DNA of 64,000 bases from a bacterium HR15 (GTDB lineage: Bacteria > Armatimonadota > Fimbriimonadia > Fimbriimonadales > GBS-DC). The notes beneath the pieces are model-generated. The model did not search any database and was not told where the DNA came from. It worked only from the letters and a program-made list of their open reading frames with translations. Positions 1 through 9,025 of the stretch are shown here, piece after piece; position 1 is the stretch's first letter, and every line of letters begins with the position of its first letter. The stretch is from contig BEHR01000011.1 of the NCBI GenBank assembly GCA_002898555.1, forward strand, positions 1,229 through 65,228. The letters are read 5' to 3'. The translations under genes were made by a program, and so were the position numbers.

Positions 1-90
1 ACATAGGTCGCGTTCATCCGAAATCCCTCCTATAACTTTACCCCTTCCGAAAAACCCGCATAAATCGGGGGAATGCCGTGGTATCCTTTG

Positions 91-99
91 TGCTATAAT
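91..99 (+). promoter_or_regulatory. putative extended -10 element (TGcTATAAT) for the 166..1023 gene
   Basis: TGCTATAAT at 91-99. GGAGG SD at 153-157. A 7-bp hairpin (123-129/134-140) lies in the leader. Confidence 0.3.
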
Positions 100-165
100 A
101 GAGCAGAACTTTTGGAGGTGCCCATCGGTCTAAACCGATGACATTTTGCTCCGGAGGTCAACGCA

Positions 166-1023
166 ATGCAGGGAAAGGTATTATGGAGCTTGGGGTTGAT
201 GATGAGCCTCGCCAGTTTGCAGGCACACGATCTTTATCGTGCCGACTTTGAGAACCCACCCTTTTCACCCGGTAACATCACGGGGCAAGATGGATGGGAG
301 GAGTACCATATCAGCACGCCCAATCTGGGTCAAATCAGCACCGAGCGCGCCCTCTCTGGCAGCCAGTCGCTTAAAATCACCCCTGTAAATGGCGGCGCGA
401 ACAGCTGGTGGTGGCGACCAACCCCCCACGATACCAGCACCAGCCCGAACAAGATGATCGACATTCGCTGGGATATGTATCTGACCAGCAGCACACGACA
501 GGGCCATTACGGCATCGATGTCTACTCGGATACCGTCGAGCGGGTTTGCGCCTTCAGAGTGAACGAAAACAGCCAAGTGGAGATTATTCTGTTCGTCAAT
601 GGAGTCACGGAGCAACTGGTTTCGACAGGGGTCTTTGTGCAGCGCGACCGTTGGAACCGCTACCGCCTGCTGATTGACTACAACACAGGCACTTTTGCGG
701 CTTTTGTGAACGGTCAGGCAATCGGTGGGGGGCGGATTAACAGTCTCGCCGGCGCGGTGTTCAGCGACGCCGATATATGGCATTTCAATGTGGCCAGCAA
801 TTCGAACGATGTGGCGTTCTACGATAACTTGCGCATCATGGCGGTGGCACAGGCAGGGCAAGAAGGGGATGTGGACGGCAACGGCTGCGTGGAAGATAGT
901 GACCTGTTGACCGTGTTGTTTGCCTTCGGCAGCAACGACCCCGATGCCGATGTCAATCAAGATGGGATAGTGGACGACGCCGACCTGCTAATGGTGCTGT
1001 TTAATTTCGGCAGCGGCTGCTGA
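166..1023 (+). CDS. exported protein with C-terminal dockerin-like (EF-hand type) repeat pair
   Basis: N-terminal signal-like MQGKVLWSLGLMMSLASLQA. C-terminus GDVDGNGCVEDSDLLTVLFAFG...DVNQDGIVDDADLLMVLFNFGSGC. Confidence 0.75.
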   Translation: MQGKVLWSLGLMMSLASLQAHDLYRADFENPPFSPGNITGQDGWEEYHISTPNLGQISTERALSGSQSLKITPVNGGANSWWWRPTPHDTSTSPNKMIDIRWDMYLTSSTRQGHYGIDVYSDTVERVCAFRVNENSQVEIILFVNGVTEQLVSTGVFVQRDRWNRYRLLIDYNTGTFAAFVNGQAIGGGRINSLAGAVFSDADIWHFNVASNSNDVAFYDNLRIMAVAQAGQEGDVDGNGCVEDSDLLTVLFAFGSNDPDADVNQDGIVDDADLLMVLFNFGSGC

Positions 1024-1039
1024 AGGGTACAATCGAGGC

Positions 1040-1537
1040 GTGATCATCCTGGGTGTGGATCCGGGCACGGCGACGATGGGCTATGGCGTCTTAGAGAAGG
1101 TAGGCAACCGTTACCGCGCGCTGGCATATGGCATTCTGGAAACGCCCAAAACGATGCCCGCCCCAGAGCGGTTGCGCCAGCTCTATGAGGGGCTGAACAC
1201 GCTCATCGAACGGTTCCAGCCCGATGTATTGGTGACGGAGCGACTGCTATTCAGCGCGAATCGACGCACCGCGATTCAGGTGGCACGCGCGATCGGAGTG
1301 GCTCTTCTCGCCGCCGCACACCATCAACTGCCTTGGCACGAATATACCCCGATGCAGGTCAAGCAGGCCGTAACGGGCTATGGGGGCGCAGATAAGAAAC
1401 AGGTGCAGCAGATGGTGCAGCGACTGCTCGCCTTAAGCGAGAGGCCCAAGCCCGACGATGCAGCGGACGCGCTCGCGCTTTGCATCTGCCATGCGCATCA
1501 CGAATCGCTAACACGGCTCGTCAAAAGCGCACCATGA
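1040..1537 (+). CDS. ruvC: crossover junction endodeoxyribonuclease RuvC
   Basis: MIILGVDPGTATMGYGVLE... has the typical RuvC N-terminus and the size fits (165 aa). GTG start. Confidence 0.9.
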   Translation: MIILGVDPGTATMGYGVLEKVGNRYRALAYGILETPKTMPAPERLRQLYEGLNTLIERFQPDVLVTERLLFSANRRTAIQVARAIGVALLAAAHHQLPWHEYTPMQVKQAVTGYGGADKKQVQQMVQRLLALSERPKPDDAADALALCICHAHHESLTRLVKSAP

Positions 1538-1728
1538 ACATTCCCTTTGTGCTGGTCTGCCTTGCGCTGATTGCGCTGCTGGTCTGGATGGCATATCGCA
1601 ACATCCAGCGGCTGAACCGACGCATCGAAGAGTTTGATGCGGAGCGCATGCAACACCCCTTGGACCCGTTCCGCGCGCTTGCTGAACTTTATCAACTGCA
1701 GGAGGACGCGCGGCGACGGCGAAAATAG
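1534..1728 (+). CDS. small single-pass membrane protein, unknown function
   Basis: ATG at 1534 overlaps the ruvC stop. Hydrophobic [21 protein letters not shown] followed by a charged tail. The upstream part of ORF 1480 overlaps ruvC. Confidence 0.5.
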   Translation: MNIPFVLVCLALIALLVWMAYRNIQRLNRRIEEFDAERMQHPLDPFRALAELYQLQEDARRRRK

Positions 1729-1733
1729 TTCCC

Positions 1734-2675
1734 ATGCCACGAGCGGTTGTGACCGGGGGCGCGGGCTTTATTGGTTCGCATCTGGTGGATCGGTTGCTTG
1801 CCGAGGGCTGGCAAGTAGTCGTGATTGATAACCTCATCACAGGCAGCCTGCACAACTTGCGCCATCACGAGGGCAACCCTGCGCTGGAATTCATCTTGCA
1901 CGATGTGCGTCAGCCATTCATGGTGGAAGGCGCGGTCGATTATGTGTTCCATCTGGCAGCGACAGCCAGCCCCGTGGACTTCATCAAGCGTCCCCTGGAG
2001 ACGCTGACCGTCGGTTCCTACGGTACGGAACATGCGCTGGAACTTGCTCTGGCAAAAGGGGCAAAATTTCTGTTCACCTCCACCTCGGAGGTATATGGCG
2101 ATCCACTGGTGCATCCCCAATCGGAGGACTACTGGGGTAATGTGAACCCTATTGGGGTGCGGGGCGTGTATGACGAATCCAAGCGATATGCGGAGTCGCT
2201 GGTGATGGCGTATCACCGCTATAAAGGCGCAGATACCCGCATCGTGCGCGTGTTCAACACCTACGGCGAGCGCATGCGACTGGACGACGGGCGCGTGGTG
2301 CCCAACTTCATTCGGCAGGCATTAACGGGTGAACCCATCACCGTTTATGGCGACGGACGCCAAACGCGCAGTTTCTGCTATGTGTCAGACCTGATCGAGG
2401 GTCTCTGGCGCATGGCACATACCGATTATCACTTGCCCGTGAATCTGGGCAATCCCGATGAGCGCACGATTCTGGAGTTCGCACAACTCATCCAGCAGCT
2501 ATCGGGCAGCACCAGTCCGATTGTATTCCGCGAATTTTTGACCCCTGACGATCCCCACCGGCGTCGCCCCGACATCACGCGGGCAAAAAGCTTGCTGGAT
2601 TGGGAGCCGCAGGTGCCTCTGGAGGAGGGCTTACGACGCACGATCGACGATTTCCGCAGGCGGTTGAATGCATGA
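1734..2675 (+). CDS. NAD-dependent epimerase/dehydratase, UDP-glucuronate decarboxylase (UDP-xylose synthase)-like
   Basis: [12 protein letters not shown] Rossmann motif. YDESKR catalytic YxxxK. Overall collinearity with the UXS family. Confidence 0.8.
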   Translation: MPRAVVTGGAGFIGSHLVDRLLAEGWQVVVIDNLITGSLHNLRHHEGNPALEFILHDVRQPFMVEGAVDYVFHLAATASPVDFIKRPLETLTVGSYGTEHALELALAKGAKFLFTSTSEVYGDPLVHPQSEDYWGNVNPIGVRGVYDESKRYAESLVMAYHRYKGADTRIVRVFNTYGERMRLDDGRVVPNFIRQALTGEPITVYGDGRQTRSFCYVSDLIEGLWRMAHTDYHLPVNLGNPDERTILEFAQLIQQLSGSTSPIVFREFLTPDDPHRRRPDITRAKSLLDWEPQVPLEEGLRRTIDDFRRRLNA

Positions 2676-3139
2676 GACGCGGTTGGATATGGCTGATGGC
2701 AATCATATGGGTACTGGGGCGTGCGGGGCTGCTTGCCCTCCTATTCTGGGGCGTACATCCGCTGTGGCTCGTTGCATTTTGGGGGTTGCAGGGTTATCCC
2801 GCTAACCTGCATGACCTGCAGCGCTGGTATGCAGTAGGCGTATTTAACGCGGTGCCTGCACTGGCATGGCTAATCTGGGGGGTGGTGTTATTACTCGTGC
2901 TGAGCGGATTTCAGGCGCGTTTGTCGTGTCGCTGGGTCATCCTCCTAAGCGCGTTGGGGGGCGGCCTGGTTGTGCCGCCGCTGGCATACATCCTATTGCT
3001 GATCTATGCGGGTGTCTGGCGCTATCGGGCTTGGGATGTGGTGATGCCCCCATTGATCCGTGCTTATCTCATGCTGGCACCTTCCTGCATGCTGGTAGGG
3101 GCATGCGCCGGGAGGTGGATGGTCAAGCGCACCCAATAA
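2672..3139 (+). CDS. polytopic membrane protein, unknown function
   Basis: ATGA start/stop overlap with the upstream gene. Several hydrophobic helices. The longer ORF from 2600 overlaps the upstream CDS. Confidence 0.55.
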   Translation: MRRGWIWLMAIIWVLGRAGLLALLFWGVHPLWLVAFWGLQGYPANLHDLQRWYAVGVFNAVPALAWLIWGVVLLLVLSGFQARLSCRWVILLSALGGGLVVPPLAYILLLIYAGVWRYRAWDVVMPPLIRAYLMLAPSCMLVGACAGRWMVKRTQ

Positions 3140-3140
3140 A

Positions 3141-3215
3141 TGGAGCGGGAGACGGGATTCGAACCCGCGACCCTCGGCATGGGAGGCCGATGCTCTACCC
3201 CTGAGCTACTCCCGC
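3141..3215 (-). tRNA. tRNA-Gly (anticodon CCC)
   Basis: The reverse complement GCGGGAGTAGCTCAGGGGTAGAGCA...CTCCCAT loop...GGTTCGAATCC...CTCCCGCTCCA folds as a cloverleaf with encoded CCA. Confidence 0.9.
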
Positions 3216-3238
3216 TCGCGCCCTTTATTATACCCGAT

Positions 3239-4429
3239 TCACTCCGTCGTCGATGCAAGGGGGTGCGCCTCATGGCATGCTGCTACCCCTTCGATAAGCT
3301 TGCTTGCCAGCCAGCGCGCGTCTGCCACCCGGATATCTTCGGGCACACGCTGACCTGTGGTGAAATAGGCGATAGGTAACGGATAACGCACGCACAGATT
3401 AATGCAGCCGCCGAAGCGCACCGCCTCGTCCACTTTCGTCAGGATGAGCGCTTCCGGATCAAAGAGGCGGAACTGTTGGAGCGATTCTTCCAGCACGGCG
3501 GCATCGGCGGTCGCACTCAGCACCAAATAGACCTGTGCGTTCAAGGGCGCGAGCGCAGCATAGAGCTCATGCAGATGCGCCTTGTCGCGCTGGCTGCGAC
3601 CAACCGTGTCGATGAGCACCAGGTCGCAGGCGCGATGCTGTGCCAGTCCTTCCTGTGCCTCTTCCGCAGTGGTTGCCACATGCAGCGGTAGGTTCATAAT
3701 CCCCGCATAGGTCCGCAACTGCTCGATGGCGCCGATGCGATAGGTGTCCAGCGAGAGCAACACCACTTCGCGATTGTAGTCCAGCGCGTGAATGGCAGCG
3801 AGTTTAGCGATGGTGGTCGTTTTGCCCACGCCTGTAGGTCCCACTAAGGCGACCACTTGGCGCGTTCGGCTCTCGCGTGGAAGCGCACCTCCCACAGGGA
3901 TATGGGCGATAAGGGTGCGTTGCAAAGCGTCTATGGCGGCGTTGTGAGGCAGACGCGGCACGCGACGCAACAGCTGACGAGCAATCTCCGGCTCCACACC
4001 TGCCTTCAACAGGGGACGCAACAGGGGATGTTCATCGAGAATGTTGGCGACAGCGGTTGGCAAGGCAGGCGCTTCCTCGCCTGTCATGCGGGCATACATC
4101 GCTTGTACCAACATGCGCATCTCCTGCATCTCGCGCTCTAATTGGCGGATACGCCCCTGCACAGGGTCGTATTGCTCCACCCCTTTGGGTTCCACTCCAC
4201 CGCGCGGTGCACCCACATCCTGTCGCTGGTTGCCTCTGTCTGGCGCCGGCAATGCCGTCTCAGTAGCTTCTTCCAACCCTGCCACAATCTCGACCATCGC
4301 TTTGCGACGAAATAGGCCGCCTGTGCGTACTATGCGCTCGCTCAGAATCACCGCGCCGGGTCCCAATTCCTCGCGTACTTTCAGCAGGGCTTCCAACTTC
4401 GTCGGTGCCAGATAGGTTTTGACCTGCAT
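3239..4429 (-). CDS. flhF: flagellar biosynthesis SRP-type GTPase FlhF
   Basis: N-terminus MQVKTYLAPTKLEALLKVREELGPGAVILS matches the FlhF B-domain. NG domain motifs GPTGVGKTTT, DTYRIGA, DTVGRS and LTKVDE are present. Start chosen at the ATG aligned to FlhF; the ORF is open to 4510. Confidence 0.8.
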   Translation of the reverse strand: MQVKTYLAPTKLEALLKVREELGPGAVILSERIVRTGGLFRRKAMVEIVAGLEEATETALPAPDRGNQRQDVGAPRGGVEPKGVEQYDPVQGRIRQLEREMQEMRMLVQAMYARMTGEEAPALPTAVANILDEHPLLRPLLKAGVEPEIARQLLRRVPRLPHNAAIDALQRTLIAHIPVGGALPRESRTRQVVALVGPTGVGKTTTIAKLAAIHALDYNREVVLLSLDTYRIGAIEQLRTYAGIMNLPLHVATTAEEAQEGLAQHRACDLVLIDTVGRSQRDKAHLHELYAALAPLNAQVYLVLSATADAAVLEESLQQFRLFDPEALILTKVDEAVRFGGCINLCVRYPLPIAYFTTGQRVPEDIRVADARWLASKLIEGVAACHEAHPLASTTE

Positions 4430-4602
4430 GTTCACTATCCCCATATAAATATCGGCAATTGTTCGCTTTTTCTGGAGCGGGGCCCGAGACGGAACCTGCC
4501 CCGCGCGCAATTCGTACTACTAAACAGGCAGCCTGCTCATCTCTCAGGTGACTATTCCTCTGACAAAGGGAAGTAGCAGGTTGCCGAAAGGAGGCAGAAA
4601 CG

Positions 4603-5100
4603 ATGCGCAATTGGGCGATTCTGGTGATCAGTGTGCTGGCGATAGGTGTCGCTCTGGCGACCACGCGCGATGTCGAAACGGGTCCAAGCTTTCAGCTCAT
4701 CTTCCGAGACACCTACTCAGGTACAAACGAAACGGTGATTAATGTGGGAGACAGCGTGCGCTGGGTCTGGCGTAGTGGCTATCACACGACCACCTCCTAT
4801 GACAACTTGTGGGATGCGGAAGTCAGCTCGGTACAGCGCACCTTTACCTATACCTTCAATCAGCCCGGAACCTATGAATACTATTGCATCCCGCACGAGT
4901 CCATCGGAATGGTTGGCACGGTGCGGGTGCGTATTCCGGGCGATGTGGACTTTAGCTGCGTGGTAGACGACGCTGACCTGTTGCGCGTGCTGTTCGCTTT
5001 TGGGGCGACAGGCGCGCGTGATGAGGACCTGAACTATGATCGCGTGGTGGATGACGCCGATCTGCTGATCGTGCTGTTCAACTTTGGCAACAGCTGCTAA
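4603..5100 (+). CDS. exported type-1 copper (cupredoxin/plastocyanin-like) protein fused to a C-terminal dockerin-like module
   Basis: Signal/anchor MRNWAILVISVLAIGVALA. Cu ligand motif YYCIPHESIGM (C-x2-H-x4-M) plus an upstream His (GYHTT). C-terminus GDVDFSCVVDDADLLRVLFAFG...DDADLLIVLFNFGNSC. Confidence 0.8.
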   Translation: MRNWAILVISVLAIGVALATTRDVETGPSFQLIFRDTYSGTNETVINVGDSVRWVWRSGYHTTTSYDNLWDAEVSSVQRTFTYTFNQPGTYEYYCIPHESIGMVGTVRVRIPGDVDFSCVVDDADLLRVLFAFGATGARDEDLNYDRVVDDADLLIVLFNFGNSC

Positions 5101-5105
5101 TAGTT

Positions 5106-5147
5106 CTGGAGGGGGCGAATGCCTTTATTCCTAACCCCCTCCTCCAG
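5106..5147. terminator. possible bidirectional hairpin between convergent genes
   Basis: CTGGAGGGGG (5106-5115) pairs with CCCCCTCCTCCAG (5135-5147). There is no clear U-tract. Confidence 0.3.
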
Positions 5148-5183
5148 GTTCTCCACTGTAAGCAGGGCGAATCCTGATGTTGG

Positions 5184-6722
5184 TCAAGATGAATCCATTT
5201 CCAGCTCTTTTTTCAGCAGGCGTTTGAGCACCTTGCCTGTGCCGGAGCGGGGCAGTTCTTGTCGGAAAATGACCTCGCGGGGCACCTTGAAGTTTGCCAG
5301 GCGTTCGCGCAGGAAGCGCAATATCTCGCGCGGGTCAGGCTCGGCGTCGGGTTTTGGTACAATCACCGCGACGGGCACTTCGCCACGCTCCGGGTCGGGC
5401 TTGCCAATCACCGCGCAGTCCAGCACCGCCGGATGCTGCAGCAGCACATTTTCCACCTCACTGGGGTAGACATTGATGCCCCCGACGATAATCATGTCCT
5501 TCTTGCGGTCTACAATATAGAGGTAGCCTTCTTCGTCGAACTTGCCCATATCGCCTGTGTGGAACCAGCCGTTGCGCATCGCCTCCGCGGTCGCTTCGGG
5601 ATTGTTGTAGTAGCCGAGCATCACATTGCGCCCGCGCACCACAATCTCGCCAATCTCGCCAGGAGGCAGCTCGCGGTCGTTCTCGTCGAAGATTTTGATC
5701 TCCACGCCGGGAAGTGGGATGCCGACCGAGCCGACTTTGCGCTTGCCCTTATGCGGAGGTGGGTTCACACTGGTGACGGGCGAGCATTCGGTTGGACCGT
5801 CGCCTTCCAAGATGGCGCAGCCGTACTTGGCTTCAAAGGCGCGTTGCACCGGTTCTGGCATCGGGGCACCACCCGACACGCAATATTTGAGCGAACTCAG
5901 GTCATACTCGCGCTCACCAGCCGCCTGCAAAATAGCAGCATACATCGCCGGTACAGCGGGAAAGAGCGTGACGCGATGCTTCTCGATGGCTTCCATCGTG
6001 CTTTGAGGCATGAATCGCTCCAGTAAGATGGTGGTCGCGCCCAGCCACAGCGGAAAGTTCATGCAAACGGTCTGCCCGAACGAATGGAACAAAGGCAGCA
6101 CAGCAAGGAACCGCTCGTCGGGTTCCAGCTCCAGCATCTGCTGGCACGCCTCGATATCGAACAGGATGTTGTCGCTGCTAAGCATCACGCCTTTGGGGAA
6201 GCCCGTCGTGCCGGAAGTGTAGATAAAGACCACCGGGTCATGCTCGCTGACGGGCGCGCGAGGAAGGGGGTCCCCCGAAGGGCGCAAAACCGCATCAAAC
6301 GGTTGTACCCCTTCAGGCAGCTCGCCCTGCGCACCTACCAGCAGCACCGCCTGCAGGCTGGGGATTTCGGGGCGCGCGGTCAGCACCGTTTCCAGCACCA
6401 TCGGAAAGGTGATGGCGGCTTTGATGCCTGCGTCGCGCCAGATATAGGCGATTTCGGGCGCTTTTAATAGCGGATTGACTGGTACAGCAATCGCGCCCAG
6501 GTGCCCCAAGGCGTGGTAGGCAATCACAAATTGTGGTAAGTTGGGTAGCATCAGCCCCACCCGGTCGCCTGCTTGAATGCCCAGCTCATCGCGCAGTCCC
6601 CGGGCGCATGCCTGCACCAACCCCCACAATTGGGCATAAGGGATGGCTTGATCCCGAAAGATGAGCGCGGGCTTCTGTGGAAATCGCTGCGCCGATCGCT
6701 CCACAATCTCGTATAGCAACAT
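5184..6722 (-). CDS. AMP-dependent acyl-CoA synthetase / long-chain fatty acid-CoA ligase
   Basis: AMP-binding motif YTSGTTGFPKGV. C-terminal GEIGEI...GWFHTGD...GKV motifs. Confidence 0.85.
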   Translation of the reverse strand: MLLYEIVERSAQRFPQKPALIFRDQAIPYAQLWGLVQACARGLRDELGIQAGDRVGLMLPNLPQFVIAYHALGHLGAIAVPVNPLLKAPEIAYIWRDAGIKAAITFPMVLETVLTARPEIPSLQAVLLVGAQGELPEGVQPFDAVLRPSGDPLPRAPVSEHDPVVFIYTSGTTGFPKGVMLSSDNILFDIEACQQMLELEPDERFLAVLPLFHSFGQTVCMNFPLWLGATTILLERFMPQSTMEAIEKHRVTLFPAVPAMYAAILQAAGEREYDLSSLKYCVSGGAPMPEPVQRAFEAKYGCAILEGDGPTECSPVTSVNPPPHKGKRKVGSVGIPLPGVEIKIFDENDRELPPGEIGEIVVRGRNVMLGYYNNPEATAEAMRNGWFHTGDMGKFDEEGYLYIVDRKKDMIIVGGINVYPSEVENVLLQHPAVLDCAVIGKPDPERGEVPVAVIVPKPDAEPDPREILRFLRERLANFKVPREVIFRQELPRSGTGKVLKRLLKKELEMDSS

Positions 6723-6858
6723 CGCTTACAACCTCCTCCGCAACTCAATTCGACGACGCGCCATCCCTTCCTGCTGCATCACCAAACGGAGGCGGGACGC
6801 AGTTCTGCGCATGCAGGCACGCAGGAAATGGTGCTGGCGTGCCGAAAGGCATAAGGAA

Positions 6859-7935
6859 ATGAAACGCACAGCCCTTTATGAAGCGCATCGGCGTTTAGGC
6901 GCCCGCATGGTGGAGTTCGCTGGCTGGGAGATGCCCATTCAGTATGAGAGCATTCTGGCGGAGGCGCGTGCTGTGCGCACGCGCTGGGGCGTCTTCGATG
7001 TGAGCCACATGGGACGCGCCCACTTCCGTGGCGAGACCGCTCTCTCCTTGCTTAGCTGGCTTGTGCCCAGCGACCTGCATAAGGTGGGAGACCATCAAGC
7101 ACTCTATACCGTGCTAACCAACGAGCGGGGCGGTGTGGTGGACGACATCATCCTCTATCGAATCGCCCCGGACCACTGGCTTATGGTGTTCAACGCCGCC
7201 AACCATGACAAAGATCTCGCATGGTTCCATCGCTGGCAAACTCGCTTCAGCCCACCGCCCGCTATCGACGACCAGACCGAACAGACCGTGATGCTCGCGG
7301 TGCAGGGACCGCAAGCGACGGCACACCTCATCGCGTTGCTGACGCCAGACCTTGCCGATGTGCCGCGTTTCGGTGCGTTGGCATTCGAATGGCAGGGTAT
7401 CCCCGTATTTGCGGGACGCACCGGCTATACGGGCGAGGACGGTTTTGAGCTAATCGTGCCTGCGGAGGCAGGCGAAACGCTCTGGAATCGGCTGCTTGAG
7501 GCGGGCGCGACACCGTGTGGACTGGGTGCGCGCGATGTGTTGCGCGTGGAGGCAGGGTTGCACCTGTATGGGCATGAGTTGACCGATGAGACGAACCCCA
7601 TCGAAGCAGGGTTGAACTGGCTCGTAAGCGACCGTACCGACTACATCGGAGCAGAAATTATTCAACGCATCAAAGCGGAGGGCCCCACGCGCAAGTTGAT
7701 GGGGATTGTGTTGCAGGAGCGGGGTGTGCCGCGTGAAGGCTATCCCGTGCTGATTGAGGGGCAAGTGGTCGGACATCTGACCAGTGGAGTCTATTCGCCT
7801 ACTTTGGAGCGAGGCATCGGGATGGCGTACCTGCCGAGTGAATACGCAAAGCCCAATACACCCTGCGCCGTCGAGATACGGGGCAGAGCCATACCCGCCC
7901 TGATTACTACACGGCGGTTTCTCAAGCAAAGCTAA
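6859..7935 (+). CDS. gcvT: glycine cleavage system aminomethyltransferase GcvT
   Basis: MKRTALYEAHRRLGARMVEFAGWEMPIQY is the canonical GcvT N-terminus. The ORF extension from 6661 overlaps the divergent gene. Confidence 0.9.
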   Translation: MKRTALYEAHRRLGARMVEFAGWEMPIQYESILAEARAVRTRWGVFDVSHMGRAHFRGETALSLLSWLVPSDLHKVGDHQALYTVLTNERGGVVDDIILYRIAPDHWLMVFNAANHDKDLAWFHRWQTRFSPPPAIDDQTEQTVMLAVQGPQATAHLIALLTPDLADVPRFGALAFEWQGIPVFAGRTGYTGEDGFELIVPAEAGETLWNRLLEAGATPCGLGARDVLRVEAGLHLYGHELTDETNPIEAGLNWLVSDRTDYIGAEIIQRIKAEGPTRKLMGIVLQERGVPREGYPVLIEGQVVGHLTSGVYSPTLERGIGMAYLPSEYAKPNTPCAVEIRGRAIPALITTRRFLKQS

Positions 7936-9022
7936 TCTGGCACCACTCCCTGAGTACCCACTCGATACCGTGCTGTTGTATCCAAGCACGCAGTTGCACC
8001 GATTCGGGGTCGTTCGGGTCGTGATAATGGAGAGCAGCAAGGATGGCTTGGCGGAACGGCTCGCTGTCCTCGCCCTGCGCTTGAAGCAAACGATATGCAC
8101 CTACCAGCCGGTCTTCTGGACGCAGTTTGCGCAACGGCTCCCGTGCCACGCGCGAGACGGGGTCATCCAGTGCGGGATGCTGAATCCGCGCGACGATTTC
8201 CGCAACCGCCTGATGATGCTCTTCGGCATCGAAGGGGAAGGCTTTCAGCAGGGCGCGCTCAAGCGCGATGGCAGCGCGTTCAAACAGAGCGCGAATTGCT
8301 GGGTCATGAAGTGCCTGCTGAATAGTGGTATAGCCCTTCTGTGCGCCCAGATAAGCTACGAGCGCGTGCAGCCCGTTATGCACATAGAGCTTGCGCAGGA
8401 AGTAGATTTCGAAGGGGCGCACAGGCAGAAGCCCATCGATAGGCGGCAGTTCGCCACGAACGGCGTCTGCGTCGATAAGCAGGCGGTCATAGCGGTCGGC
8501 ACGCACGCCAGGTGGGTCGCCGGGCAACTCCGCCACCACCTGCCGTCCCACCACGCAACGCACCAGCCCCACTGCCCCCAACAGCGCTGCCATCTCAGAT
8601 CCGTCTGACTGGGCAGAAAGCAATGCCTCCCGGAGCACCTGGTCGGCATGCAGGTCGTTCTCGCCCAGCAGAATGTTGAAGGGGAGTTTGTGCTGGTCGG
8701 CGCGTTGGCGCAATCCTTCCGCGAGCAGGGGCGCAACCGAGGGCAGAGCATTCACCCCCACAGCGGTCGCCGCGATGACTGCCTGCACACATGCCTCCGC
8801 CACTGCCGCTTGCTCATCGGTGTGCAGAGCGCGCACAGGGGCAATTATCTCGCGTCCACCATCCACCCACTCAATCCAGCAGGCGCGGTGTTGCTGCAGA
8901 CTACAAACCAGCCCCGGGCGAGCTTCTACGAACACAACCTCCAGCCCGGCACGGGTAAAGAGTTGGGCAAAAAGCCCACGCCCAATCTTGCCCGCGCCGA
9001 ACTGGAGGGCTATGGCTCGCAT
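7922..9022 (-). CDS. mannitol dehydrogenase family protein (mannitol-1-phosphate 5-dehydrogenase-like)
   Basis: FGAGKIGRG N-terminal motif. RKLYVHNGLHALVAYLG and DDPVSRVAREPLRKLRPEDRL are collinear with MtlD. Confidence 0.7.
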   Translation of the reverse strand: MRAIALQFGAGKIGRGLFAQLFTRAGLEVVFVEARPGLVCSLQQHRACWIEWVDGGREIIAPVRALHTDEQAAVAEACVQAVIAATAVGVNALPSVAPLLAEGLRQRADQHKLPFNILLGENDLHADQVLREALLSAQSDGSEMAALLGAVGLVRCVVGRQVVAELPGDPPGVRADRYDRLLIDADAVRGELPPIDGLLPVRPFEIYFLRKLYVHNGLHALVAYLGAQKGYTTIQQALHDPAIRALFERAAIALERALLKAFPFDAEEHHQAVAEIVARIQHPALDDPVSRVAREPLRKLRPEDRLVGAYRLLQAQGEDSEPFRQAILAALHYHDPNDPESVQLRAWIQQHGIEWVLREWCQISFA

Positions 9023-9025
9023 CGA

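Noticed and set aside
6723-6858. Possible glycine riboswitch in the gcvT leader
   Set aside because: Glycine riboswitches commonly precede gcvT, and I see CACCAAACGGAGGCGG and GCCGAAAGGCATAAGG, vaguely like ACCGAAGGGGCAA. However the conserved GGAGAG/CTCTGGAGAG elements and a convincing P1/P3 architecture are missing. A cmsearch with RF00504 would settle it; I cannot support the call by eye.
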